The position numbers and the translations under genes are program-made. Below, piece by piece: positions 19,344-27,526 of a DNA stretch of 64,000 nt; within the stretch, counting starts at the first letter, position 1; every line of letters starts with the position of its first letter. The notes beneath the pieces were generated by a model. That model searched no databases. It worked only from the letters and a program-made list of their open reading frames with translations, and was not told the origin of the DNA. Origin of the DNA: Muribaculaceae bacterium (GTDB lineage Bacteria; Bacteroidota; Bacteroidia; Bacteroidales; Muribaculaceae); assembly GCA_009775225.1 (NCBI GenBank), contig VSPE01000004.1, positions 15,667-79,666 on the forward strand, written 5' to 3'.

Positions 19344-19880
19344 TTATACGGTTATAAGGCGGAGGTCGGCGAGGTAGTCGCTGTCGTTGTTGTAGTCGAC
19401 CCAGCCGGTGAGAATGAGCGAAGGCGAGGAGGTGAGGAAGGCTTCGGAGGCAATCTGTTCGATAAGCCCGAAGTCGGGTTCGTCGAGCACGTAGAATGAT
19501 GTCTCTCCATATATTTTGTGGCGAATGGCTATTTCGCCGGTTACGATGTTCGCCAGCGTGTACACAAAGAGTGCAGGGCTGGGGAAGTAGTTGTCGTCGG
19601 TTATGGTGCGGCTGTAGTTACGGTCGGTGACGAGCGAGCCGTTGCGGTTGAAGAGGATTATGGCCGCTTCCTCGCGGGTGACCGGGTCGATGTCGCGCAG
19701 AAGCAGTTCTGCGCCTATGAAGCCGAGCTTGCACAGGCTGTCCATTTTGAAAAACTTGGGATAGTCTCCAGCAAATTCGCGGTACAGTGCGCTGATGTTG
19801 CCTTCCGACACACGCGTGCCGTTCTGCTCGGCGCCTGCCGGGCTTATTACCACGCGTGCCTGTGTTTTCGGTGTTTTCAC
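19344..19880 (-). CDS. small KS-associated protein (thiolase-fold fragment, non-catalytic)
   Basis: Reading frame of the 202-aa ORF. A GTG at 19878-19880 forms a GTGA overlap with the upstream KS stop at 19877-19879, so a 178-aa product is proposed. No Cys/His/His triad. Start assignment is uncertain. Confidence 0.5.
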   Translation of the reverse strand: MKTPKTQARVVISPAGAEQNGTRVSEGNISALYREFAGDYPKFFKMDSLCKLGFIGAELLLRDIDPVTREEAAIILFNRNGSLVTDRNYSRTITDDNYFPSPALFVYTLANIVTGEIAIRHKIYGETSFYVLDEPDFGLIEQIASEAFLTSSPSLILTGWVDYNNDSDYLADLRLITV

Positions 19881-21016
19881 TGTGCGCCTCCTTTCCTGTA
19901 TGATATGCCGGCGTTGGAGCCGCCGAAGCCCGATAGTATTTTTATGAAGCACCGGCGCTCTGTGTGGCGCGGCTGCGCCGATATGTCGAGGCGGCGCGAT
20001 GTGCCTTGCTCGCTGAAGCCGACGGTAGGAAGCACCAGGCCGCGGTCGGCAGCGTGCATCGACAGAATGGTCTCGATGACGCCTGCAGCGCCAAGTGTGT
20101 GACCGAAGATGCCTTTGAGACCGTTGACGGGCACGGTGTCGAGCCCGGCGCGCTCTATGGCAATAGACTCCATTTCGTCGTTGTAGGCTGTGGCGGTGCC
20201 GTGGGCGTTGACAAACGCTATTTCCTCAGGCGCCACGCCGCTGCGCAGTATGTCGCGGAGCACGCGGAAGGAGCCTTCGCCCGTACGCGAGGGGCCGGAT
20301 ATGTGGTTGGCGTCGTTGTGCGCGGAGCCTGCCGCGTACAGCCACATGTCTTCGGGTGCGCTGTCGCATTTTGCGAGAATGAGGGTGCCGGCGGCTTCGC
20401 CGAGGTTTAGCCCTGTGCGTTTGCTGTCGTAGGGGAGGCAGCGTTCGGTGCTGAGTGCCTTGAACGACTGGAAGCCCGACACTATGAAGCGCGAAAGCAG
20501 GTCGGCGCCGATGATTACGGCGTGGCGTGCGCGGCCCGCCATAAGTTCGCGCACGGCGGCTATCTGTGCCGATACTCCCGAGATGCAGGCGTTGCTTACC
20601 ACAAGCGGGCGGTTGGGGTTCCCGAAGTGGCGGGTGATGCGTTCCGCTGAACCGGCGAGGTAGCAGCGGCTGTCGTCGGGATTGTCGGCAAGGCATGCCA
20701 CATTCCCTTTTGTGGTGGAGAGTATGAAGATAGTGTCGGGCGAGGCGGCGTCGAGCCGGCAGGAGGCTATAGCGCGCCCGGCCGAGAGTATGCACAGCTG
20801 CTCGAAGAGGGTAAGGGTGCCCGGCTCGCCTGCTTCAGTGCGGAAGATGTCGGCGAGGGCCGTGCGGTCGAACACCGAGCCGAAGAATGGCTCTGGAAGT
20901 CCGAAGAGGCCTTCGTGGAGGCGCAGTGCGGAGCGACCCGCGAGTATGGCCTCTATGTTTTCGTCGGCGGTGAGGCCGATAGGCGATAATATGTTGTCGG
21001 CGACTGCTGCTATCAT
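19877..21016 (-). CDS. beta-ketoacyl synthase
   Basis: NACISGVSAQ (Cys), NAHGTATAYND and GHTLGAAG (His). The start is set to the ATG at 21014-21016 (MIAAVADNIL), which forms an ATGA overlap with the thioesterase stop. Confidence 0.85.
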   Translation of the reverse strand: MIAAVADNILSPIGLTADENIEAILAGRSALRLHEGLFGLPEPFFGSVFDRTALADIFRTEAGEPGTLTLFEQLCILSAGRAIASCRLDAASPDTIFILSTTKGNVACLADNPDDSRCYLAGSAERITRHFGNPNRPLVVSNACISGVSAQIAAVRELMAGRARHAVIIGADLLSRFIVSGFQSFKALSTERCLPYDSKRTGLNLGEAAGTLILAKCDSAPEDMWLYAAGSAHNDANHISGPSRTGEGSFRVLRDILRSGVAPEEIAFVNAHGTATAYNDEMESIAIERAGLDTVPVNGLKGIFGHTLGAAGVIETILSMHAADRGLVLPTVGFSEQGTSRRLDISAQPRHTERRCFIKILSGFGGSNAGISYRKGGAQ

Positions 21017-21432
21017 AGCACCTCCCATTTTTCTTTCCATTGCTGATAGAAGGAGGGGTTCTCCCACACGAGCTGATAATCCTTATCCATGAATACTTGC
21101 ACGGAACGCCCGGTGGCTATAATACCACTGTCGGCGCGGTCGTAGATTTCGTATTCGAATACTATCTTGGCCGACTCGGTGGGTATGTAGGTGATGCGCA
21201 CGGCGGGCTGCATCTCGTAGGCGAGGGGCCGTTTGTATTTGAACGACAGCTCCACAAGCGGGGCGAAGTATCCGTTTCCGAAGATAGTCATGTAGCCAAG
21301 CCCGTATTTGCGGCCGAACTCCTCGCGCGCGTCCTCGAAGTAAAGCGGATATGAGCCGTGCCAAACGATGTTCATCGAGTCGACCTCGCTGAACCGCACT
21401 TCAAAGTCTTTTGTCGCTGTGAGTTTTTTCAT
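21013..21432 (-). CDS. acyl-CoA/acyl-ACP thioesterase, 4HBT (YbgC-like) hotdog family
   Basis: 139 aa. FEVRFSEVDSMNIVWHGSYPLYFEDAREEF matches the 4HBT catalytic-Asp N-terminal signature. Confidence 0.8.
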   Translation of the reverse strand: MKKLTATKDFEVRFSEVDSMNIVWHGSYPLYFEDAREEFGRKYGLGYMTIFGNGYFAPLVELSFKYKRPLAYEMQPAVRITYIPTESAKIVFEYEIYDRADSGIIATGRSVQVFMDKDYQLVWENPSFYQQWKEKWEVL

Positions 21433-21434
21433 CG

Positions 21435-21878
21435 TCAGACGCTTTGTGAGTCAACTTCGCTTACTGCAATCTTCATCTCGCACTCGGCTATGATGTCGTT
21501 GTCGCCGCTCTTTACGGAGGCTGTGACAAGAGTCATGCCGAACACTTCTTCCACGGTGACTATGGCGGTCTCTATTTCTTGCCCTGCGGCGGGAAGTCGG
21601 TGCAGGCGCAGGTTGCGGATTGCTCCGATGAAGCCGAGCTGTATGCCTTTACGGAGGATGTATTTGTTGACATATCCTATGCGTGCCGCGCAGGTCTGGG
21701 CTATGTTCTCAATGATGCCAGAGGTGGTGAAAAGGCCGTTCTCGACAAAGATGTTGTCTGGATTTACGGTGGTGCGCGTCACGGTTTTCTCCATATCGAA
21801 GTGTATGAGTCGCCCTACCATGACGAACGGTTCCTGCTGCGGCAGCAGCGTGTGTATGTCTATTTCTTCTAAATTCAT
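21435..21878 (-). CDS. hotdog-fold dehydratase (FabA/FabZ-like)
   Basis: The ORF-track start is TTG. The ATG at 21876-21878 (MNLEEIDIHTLLPQQEPF) overlaps the upstream TAA by 1 nt. The LPQ..PF..V start is typical of FabZ-like proteins. Confidence 0.7.
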   Translation of the reverse strand: MNLEEIDIHTLLPQQEPFVMVGRLIHFDMEKTVTRTTVNPDNIFVENGLFTTSGIIENIAQTCAARIGYVNKYILRKGIQLGFIGAIRNLRLHRLPAAGQEIETAIVTVEEVFGMTLVTASVKSGDNDIIAECEMKIAVSEVDSQSV

Positions 21879-22771
21879 TATTGTGCCCAAAAGTCAAAGT
21901 AGTTGTACCACTGGGTGGGGTAGCGGCGCACGGTCGCTTCGAGCAGTTTCACATATTCGGCAGCGAGCGCTGCGGCGCGTGTCCGGGTGTTGCCTTCCGA
22001 TGTGGCGGGGATACGGTGCACGCTGATGCGATAGCGGCGCAGCCCGCTTTTCATAACCGACACGAAGAGCATGGGCACGTCGCGCATGGCGGCAAGCAGA
22101 AACGCTCCCTGCGGAAATCTGGCTGGGGCGCCCATGAAGTCGACGACAAACGCTTTCTGTGAACCGAAAACGCGGTCGGCGGGCATGCTTAGTATTTCGC
22201 CGTCGGTGAGGGCGCTGTCTATCACGAACAGGTGCGACATGTCGGGCATCATCGAAATCATGCGTATGTTGTTGCCGTCGAACATCTTGCTCCTGTTTGC
22301 CATGACGGAGGCTTTCTCGCCGCCGAACACAAGAGCGTTGAAGCGTTTGTCCTCGGCCACCAGCGAGTAGCCGGCCAGCTCGTAGTTGCCTATATGCGAG
22401 CTGAGCTGAATGAAGCCGCCGGGCTGCCCGGAGAGTGTGGAGAAGATGTCGTAGCCGTCAATGTCGATGCCGAACTTCTTGCCGGCGTACATGGCGAAGC
22501 GGTCGATTACAACCTGCGAGAACGCGCAGTGGTTGCGGTATGTGCTCCATGCCGCGCGGAGGCGTCCGTAGCCGAGGCGCTGCCTGAAGAACGAATACAT
22601 GGTGCGGCGTGCCTTGCCGTTGACAATCAGTGTGGGCGGTACCACAAATACCGAGGCGAAGGCATAGAGCACGCGCACGTCGATAAACCGCAGGGCTGTT
22701 ATGAGCCGGCGGTGCATCCAGCCGTTACCGTAGGTTGTGCCTACCCACTTGTCGTGCTTAAGCTCGCCCAA
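21878..22771 (-). CDS. LpxL/HtrB-like lipid acyltransferase
   Basis: 297 aa with a TTG start at 22771 and no earlier in-frame ATG. The N-terminal W.G.T.G..G...I segment and the SHIGNYELAG region resemble the lauroyl/myristoyl acyltransferase family. Confidence 0.7.
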   Translation of the reverse strand: MGELKHDKWVGTTYGNGWMHRRLITALRFIDVRVLYAFASVFVVPPTLIVNGKARRTMYSFFRQRLGYGRLRAAWSTYRNHCAFSQVVIDRFAMYAGKKFGIDIDGYDIFSTLSGQPGGFIQLSSHIGNYELAGYSLVAEDKRFNALVFGGEKASVMANRSKMFDGNNIRMISMMPDMSHLFVIDSALTDGEILSMPADRVFGSQKAFVVDFMGAPARFPQGAFLLAAMRDVPMLFVSVMKSGLRRYRISVHRIPATSEGNTRTRAAALAAEYVKLLEATVRRYPTQWYNYFDFWAQ

Positions 22772-22780
22772 GGCTTACAC

Positions 22781-23029
22781 TTATTTTTCGTTGACCTTGC
22801 GCTCGATGTAGTCGTAGAAATCGTTGAGAGTTACCACTCCGGCCATTTCTTCGGGTTTGATTTTGAAACCGAAGTTCTTCTCCACGATTACGACAATATC
22901 CACGAAGTCGAGGCTGTCGATGCCGACATCTTCTTTCAGACGTGCTTCGGGGAAGATTTTCTCGTCGTCTACCTCCAAATCGTCGATAAGGAAGTCGCGT
23001 ACTTTGCTTTCAATTTCTTTGCGTTCCAT
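22781..23029 (-). CDS. acyl carrier protein
   Basis: 82 aa with VGIDSLDFVDIVVIVE (DSL phosphopantetheine site). Confidence 0.9.
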   Translation of the reverse strand: MERKEIESKVRDFLIDDLEVDDEKIFPEARLKEDVGIDSLDFVDIVVIVEKNFGFKIKPEEMAGVVTLNDFYDYIERKVNEK

Positions 23030-23048
23030 GATTGATATCTTATTTCTG

Positions 23049-24143
23049 TTATTTTCGTACTACGAGGATTGAGTGGCCTTGGCCGAGACCGTCGTGTATG
23101 GCTTCGACGCGCAGGCCCGCTTCGGAAACGAGGCGCTCCATGTCGGCGGAGTGGTACATCTTGCTGTTGCCGTTTGCTATGGCTGTGAAATAGAGGCTTG
23201 TGAGGGTGAGGCATAGAGCAGCCGGCTCGAAGCGCTGTCTGTCCCAGAGCGTCTCCATGATGTAGAGGCGCGACTCGGCGTCCATTACTTTGGATGCGCG
23301 GCGAAGTATGCTCACTATCTGCTCTTCGCTGAAGCAGTCTAGGAACTGGCTCATCCATATAGCTTCGAAGGTGCATCCGGCAGGCATCTCCACGCTTTGG
23401 TCGAGCAGATTTATGCCGAGGCCGTCGATGCGGTCGGCGCCGGGGTGGCCCTTCACGTTCTCCTGCATCATGCCTATCTGCTGTGGCAGGTCGAGGATAG
23501 TGACCTGCACGTCTTTGTCGTAATCGACGCAGCGTAGGGCCCAGCGGCCTGTGTTGCCGCCTACGTCGAGGAGGGTGCGGGGCTTGCCTGCGAATACTAT
23601 TTCGAGTGCGGGGTCGAAAGAGTTGTCGCTATAGAAGTGGTCGAAGTCGAACCAGCTTTTTCTGATGTGCGGTGGCAGCGACGAAAGGCCCTCGTACACC
23701 GTAGGCCAGTCGCCGAGGGTCTTGAGGCCTACGGGCTTGCCTTCAAGGAGCGACTCTTCGAGGTTGAACCAGCCGAGGTAGTTCACATCATGGTTGAAGT
23801 TGATATTTACTCTCGTGGCGTGGTCGTTGATGAGGAACCAGCCGGTCTTGGAAATGGTGAAGCGGTCGGTTTCGGGATTTACGAGCACTATGCCTATACA
23901 CAGCGATGCTTCGAGCAGACACTTGGCCGCGTACTCCGAGATGTCGGCCTTCCGGGCTACTTCAGCTATGGTCATGCCGCCGTCGCTGTCGCGCAGCATA
24001 TCCATGATACCGAACTTGAGCATGATGCGTGCAGTCTGAAACACTGCGGGGCCAAAGGCTATAAATTCTGCAAGGCGCTGAGCCTCGCGTGCACTGAGTG
24101 TTTCTCTGGTATATTTTTTCTGAAGTTCCGGAAAAAGGTTCAT
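23049..24143 (-). CDS. class I SAM-dependent O-methyltransferase with N-terminal dimerisation/wHTH-like domain
   Basis: 364 aa with LLDVGGNTGRWA (motif I). The size and layout match small-molecule O-MTases. Confidence 0.85.
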   Translation of the reverse strand: MNLFPELQKKYTRETLSAREAQRLAEFIAFGPAVFQTARIMLKFGIMDMLRDSDGGMTIAEVARKADISEYAAKCLLEASLCIGIVLVNPETDRFTISKTGWFLINDHATRVNINFNHDVNYLGWFNLEESLLEGKPVGLKTLGDWPTVYEGLSSLPPHIRKSWFDFDHFYSDNSFDPALEIVFAGKPRTLLDVGGNTGRWALRCVDYDKDVQVTILDLPQQIGMMQENVKGHPGADRIDGLGINLLDQSVEMPAGCTFEAIWMSQFLDCFSEEQIVSILRRASKVMDAESRLYIMETLWDRQRFEPAALCLTLTSLYFTAIANGNSKMYHSADMERLVSEAGLRVEAIHDGLGQGHSILVVRK

Positions 24144-24283
24144 CTTGTCGGTTAGTGGGTTTCGCGATTTTCAAATTAGTACGCGAATTTACATATTATT
24201 TTTGAAATATTGGCCGAAAATACGAATTATAAGTGATTTTTTGCGAAAAGAAAATATTTGTTCGTTGCAGTATTTTGCGGAAC

Positions 24284-24314
24284 CGCCACCGAAATCATGA
24301 GAACTTCGGTGGCG
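24284..24314 (-). terminator. candidate hairpin downstream of the lipoprotein gene
   Basis: 10-bp stem cgccaccgaa/ttcggtggcg with an 11-nt loop, 23 nt past the stop at 24337. There is no clear U-tract on the minus strand. Confidence 0.35.
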
Positions 24315-24336
24315 ACATTATCTTGTGGAATGTGTC

Positions 24337-24873
24337 TTATTTGCCTTTTTTGATGCGTTTGGCAAGATACTTTGCTATTCCCTCAAAACTTTCTTCAAGT
24401 GCTATCTCATAATTGAAGCCGCTGTTTGATTCTTCATCGATGGTGAATACGGCAACGTTATCGCCTGTTGTTTTATCCTTGATGGTGACAGAACCCCATA
24501 GCTTGATGCCGATGCCGCCTTTGAACGACATCACATTTATGAATACGTCGACGTTTGTGATTTTAACCACAAACTCATACTGAGCTTCGTCGGTATTCTT
24601 TGTCATTTTGAATTTCTTTGAGTTGTCGTTGAACTCTCTTACGAATTCCGACGCACATTCGGGGAGCTGAGCGTCGACATTGATAAAGCGCCCGTCTTGG
24701 CGCAGGGGCATCTTGTTGTCGAACTGAGTGTCGGCCATATCGATGACCACAGAGGCGATACCGCCGTCTTTGAGCGGTGCTATCGAGCCTTCCGAAAGCT
24801 TAATGTCGTCGCCGGCCATTACTGTCACACAGCCTGCTATTGCGAGCAGCAGGGTAAGTAAGTACTTTTTCAT
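24337..24873 (-). CDS. lipoprotein of unknown function (AT-richer than its neighbours)
   Basis: 178 aa. MKKYLLTLLLAIAGCV provides a lipobox Cys. Distantly similar in layout to the 27007..27519 product (see findings). Confidence 0.6.
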   Translation of the reverse strand: MKKYLLTLLLAIAGCVTVMAGDDIKLSEGSIAPLKDGGIASVVIDMADTQFDNKMPLRQDGRFINVDAQLPECASEFVREFNDNSKKFKMTKNTDEAQYEFVVKITNVDVFINVMSFKGGIGIKLWGSVTIKDKTTGDNVAVFTIDEESNSGFNYEIALEESFEGIAKYLAKRIKKGK

Positions 24874-25037
24874 TGGTTTGGAATTTTTTTGGTTAGTATT
24901 CGGGTTGTTTATATCTGTTGATTTTTTTGAATTTGCGGAATAAATGAAGCTTACGCGGCACTGTCAGGACAATGCAAATCAGCACTTCTCTTAGACAACT
25001 GCACCTTAACGGAAGTGGGGTGCCAACGGAAGGGACG

Positions 25038-26264
25038 TTAGTCTTTGACCTTGCGGATAACGAGGGCGCTGTTGGTTCCGCCGAATCCGAAGGAGTTGGA
25101 GAGGATGATGTCGAGAGGCATGTCGATAGTCTTGCGCGCTATGTTGAGCGGGGCAGCGTACTCGTCGGGCTCGTCGAGGTTTATGTTGGGAGCCACAAAG
25201 TTGTTCTGCATCATGAGTATGCTGTACACTATTTCGCTTGCTCCGGCCATCCAACATTCGTGTCCTGTCATCGACTTCGTGGAGCTGATTACGGCTTTCT
25301 TGCCTCCGAATATGCGGTTGAGGGCAATGGCTTCGAACGCGTCGCCCTGGGGTGTGGATGTAGCGTGCGCGTTCACATAGTCTACATCATCGGCCGTGAT
25401 GCCTGCGTCGGCCAAAGCGCGGTTCATTGCTCTTTCCGAGCCGTCGTCGCTGGGTTGTGATATACCGCCGCCGTTCGACGAGAAGCCGTAGCCTGTGACT
25501 TCGGCAAGGATTGTGGCTCCACGTGCCACGGCATGGTCATAGTCTTCGAGTACGAGTGCCGCCGCGCCGCCGCTGGGTATGAGGCCGTCGCGGTTTTTAT
25601 CGAATGGGCGCGAGGCTTTCTCAGGTTCGTCCATGCGTACGGAGAAAGCGCTGAGCGCATCGAACGTGGCCATAGAGTAGTAGTTGGTCTCCTGCGCGCC
25701 ACCGGCGAGTACCATATCTTGCAAGCCTAGTTTTATGAGCATGTATGCGAGGCCTATAGAGTGCGAGCCGCTGGCGCAGGCCGCGCTGACGGTGAAGTTC
25801 ACTCCTTTGAGGTGGAAGATAGTGCTCAGGTTCATGTTTACGGTGGAGTTCATCGACTGGAAGATGAAGCCTGAGCCGAGGAGTGCGGAGTCATGTTTCT
25901 CGCGCATGATTTCGGCGGCTTCTATTACGGGTTTAGCCGATGAGTCGTTGCCGAATATTACACCGACTTCGTTTTCGAGTAGGTATTGGTCGGTGATGCC
26001 AGCCTGCTCGAAAGCCTCTTTCGATGCCATGAAGGCGTATTCGGCTTCTTCGGAGAGGCCTGTGCGCAGGCGCCGGTCGATTACACCTTTGAGCTTCGGT
26101 CGCTCCACAATACCGGTGAGAGCCGAGCGGTAGCCGTATTCCTTTCGGGCTTCTTCCACTCCGATGCCCGACTTTCCCTGATAGAGCGACTCTTTTACTT
26201 CTTCTTTATTTTTGCCGATACAGGCCCAGATGCCCATGCCGGTGATGACAACTCTTCTGTTCAT
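25038..26264 (-). CDS. beta-ketoacyl-ACP synthase (KAS I/II type)
   Basis: 408 aa with SAACASGSHSIG (Cys), NAHATSTPQGD and GHECWMAGA (His). Confidence 0.9.
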   Translation of the reverse strand: MNRRVVITGMGIWACIGKNKEEVKESLYQGKSGIGVEEARKEYGYRSALTGIVERPKLKGVIDRRLRTGLSEEAEYAFMASKEAFEQAGITDQYLLENEVGVIFGNDSSAKPVIEAAEIMREKHDSALLGSGFIFQSMNSTVNMNLSTIFHLKGVNFTVSAACASGSHSIGLAYMLIKLGLQDMVLAGGAQETNYYSMATFDALSAFSVRMDEPEKASRPFDKNRDGLIPSGGAAALVLEDYDHAVARGATILAEVTGYGFSSNGGGISQPSDDGSERAMNRALADAGITADDVDYVNAHATSTPQGDAFEAIALNRIFGGKKAVISSTKSMTGHECWMAGASEIVYSILMMQNNFVAPNINLDEPDEYAAPLNIARKTIDMPLDIILSNSFGFGGTNSALVIRKVKD

Positions 26265-26281
26265 TTATTTATATATGTTGC

Positions 26282-27010
26282 TTACGAATATAATCCGCCG
26301 TTGATAGAAATAGCCTGACCGGTGATGTATGCAGCCTGGTCGGAAGCGAGGAAGGAAGCGAGGGCGGCAACTTCGTCGGCAGTTCCGAAGCGGCGCATCG
26401 GCACCAGTTTCTTAAGCTCGTTTACATCGAGTCCTGCTGTCATGTCGCTTTCTATGAAGCCGGGGCATATAGCGTTGACAGTCACTTTTCGGGGCGCAAC
26501 TTCCTGTGCGAGCGCCTTTGTGGCACCGATTAGGGCGGCTTTGGCGGCAGAGTAGTTGGCCTGTCCGGGCAGACCTTTTAGGCCGGATAGCGACGATATG
26601 TTGATGATGCGTCCCGAGCGTTTGCTTAGCATGCCTTTGAGTAGGCGGCGAGTGGTGTAGAAGAAGCCGTTGAGAGAGGTGTCGACTACTGAGTGCCATT
26701 CGTCGTTCTGCATGAATATGAGCACGTTGTCGCGGCGTATGCCGGCGTTGTTTACGAGCACGGTGACAGTGTCGTCGGGGTGTTCCGTCTCCCAGGCTTC
26801 GAGGGCTGCTTCTATTTCTTCGGGTTTGGAAACGTCGAAGCGCAGAAGTTCAGCAGAGCCTCCTGCTGCGGTGATTTCTGCGAGAGTTTCTTCAGCGGCT
26901 TTTAGGTTGGATACGTAGTTTATGATTACGGCAAAGCCGTCGGCGGCGAGTCGGATGGCGATTGCGCGGCCGATGCCACGGGAGCCGCCTGTTACTAAAG
27001 CATAGTTCAT
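26282..27010 (-). CDS. fabG: 3-oxoacyl-ACP reductase (SDR)
   Basis: 242 aa with TGGSRGIGRAIA (cofactor motif), NNAG and YSAAKAAL (catalytic YxxxK). ATGA overlap with the upstream gene. Confidence 0.9.
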   Translation of the reverse strand: MNYALVTGGSRGIGRAIAIRLAADGFAVIINYVSNLKAAEETLAEITAAGGSAELLRFDVSKPEEIEAALEAWETEHPDDTVTVLVNNAGIRRDNVLIFMQNDEWHSVVDTSLNGFFYTTRRLLKGMLSKRSGRIINISSLSGLKGLPGQANYSAAKAALIGATKALAQEVAPRKVTVNAICPGFIESDMTAGLDVNELKKLVPMRRFGTADEVAALASFLASDQAAYITGQAISINGGLYS

Positions 27011-27519
27011 TCTATGTCGAAGTTCTTGATATTACGTTTGATATATGTAGCGGCTTTTTCGCCGGCGCCTTCAATGCTTTCGCGAAGCAGGTGCAGGCGC
27101 GAGCCGTAGGTGCCGCCCCGGCAAGATTTGTCGAATGTTACTGATTTGCCGTTTTCTTTGTTGGTGAGAGTGAATATGAAGTTTCCGTGCTGTCCGTCGC
27201 TGTTGCACTTTACGAAGCACACGCTCATTTCGTATTTTGCGTCGGGGTATTCGCCGAAATAGAAGTCCTTGCTTTTCTCGTTGAGACCTCTGCGCAGGCT
27301 TGAGAAGAGGCCTCGGTGTATTCGTGCCTCTGCCTGCTCGAGAGTCTCGCCTTTTTCGAGTTCTTCGGCTTCGATGAAATCGGTGAGGTATTGGCGTCCA
27401 ATCATGCCACGCTCGGTGGAGAGCACCAGGTTTACGTCGGTGAATACGTTGAAGTCCTGCGCGCACGCTGTGATTACAGAAGCGATAAGAAGAGCGAGAG
27501 ACAATAGTGTACGGTTCAT
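27007..27519 (-). CDS. secreted protein of unknown function
   Basis: The ORF-track start is TTG. The ATG at 27517-27519 gives MNRTLLSLALLIASVITACAQ, a signal peptide. It begins 8 nt after the ammonia-lyase stop. Confidence 0.6.
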   Translation of the reverse strand: MNRTLLSLALLIASVITACAQDFNVFTDVNLVLSTERGMIGRQYLTDFIEAEELEKGETLEQAEARIHRGLFSSLRRGLNEKSKDFYFGEYPDAKYEMSVCFVKCNSDGQHGNFIFTLTNKENGKSVTFDKSCRGGTYGSRLHLLRESIEGAGEKAATYIKRNIKNFDIE

Positions 27520-27526
27520 ATTGCTG

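Noticed and set aside
25008-25032. Direct repeat AACGGAAG x2 (17-bp offset) just downstream of the KS stop
   Set aside because: With only 8 nt and two copies, chance occurrence cannot be excluded. No associated hairpin or promoter was found.
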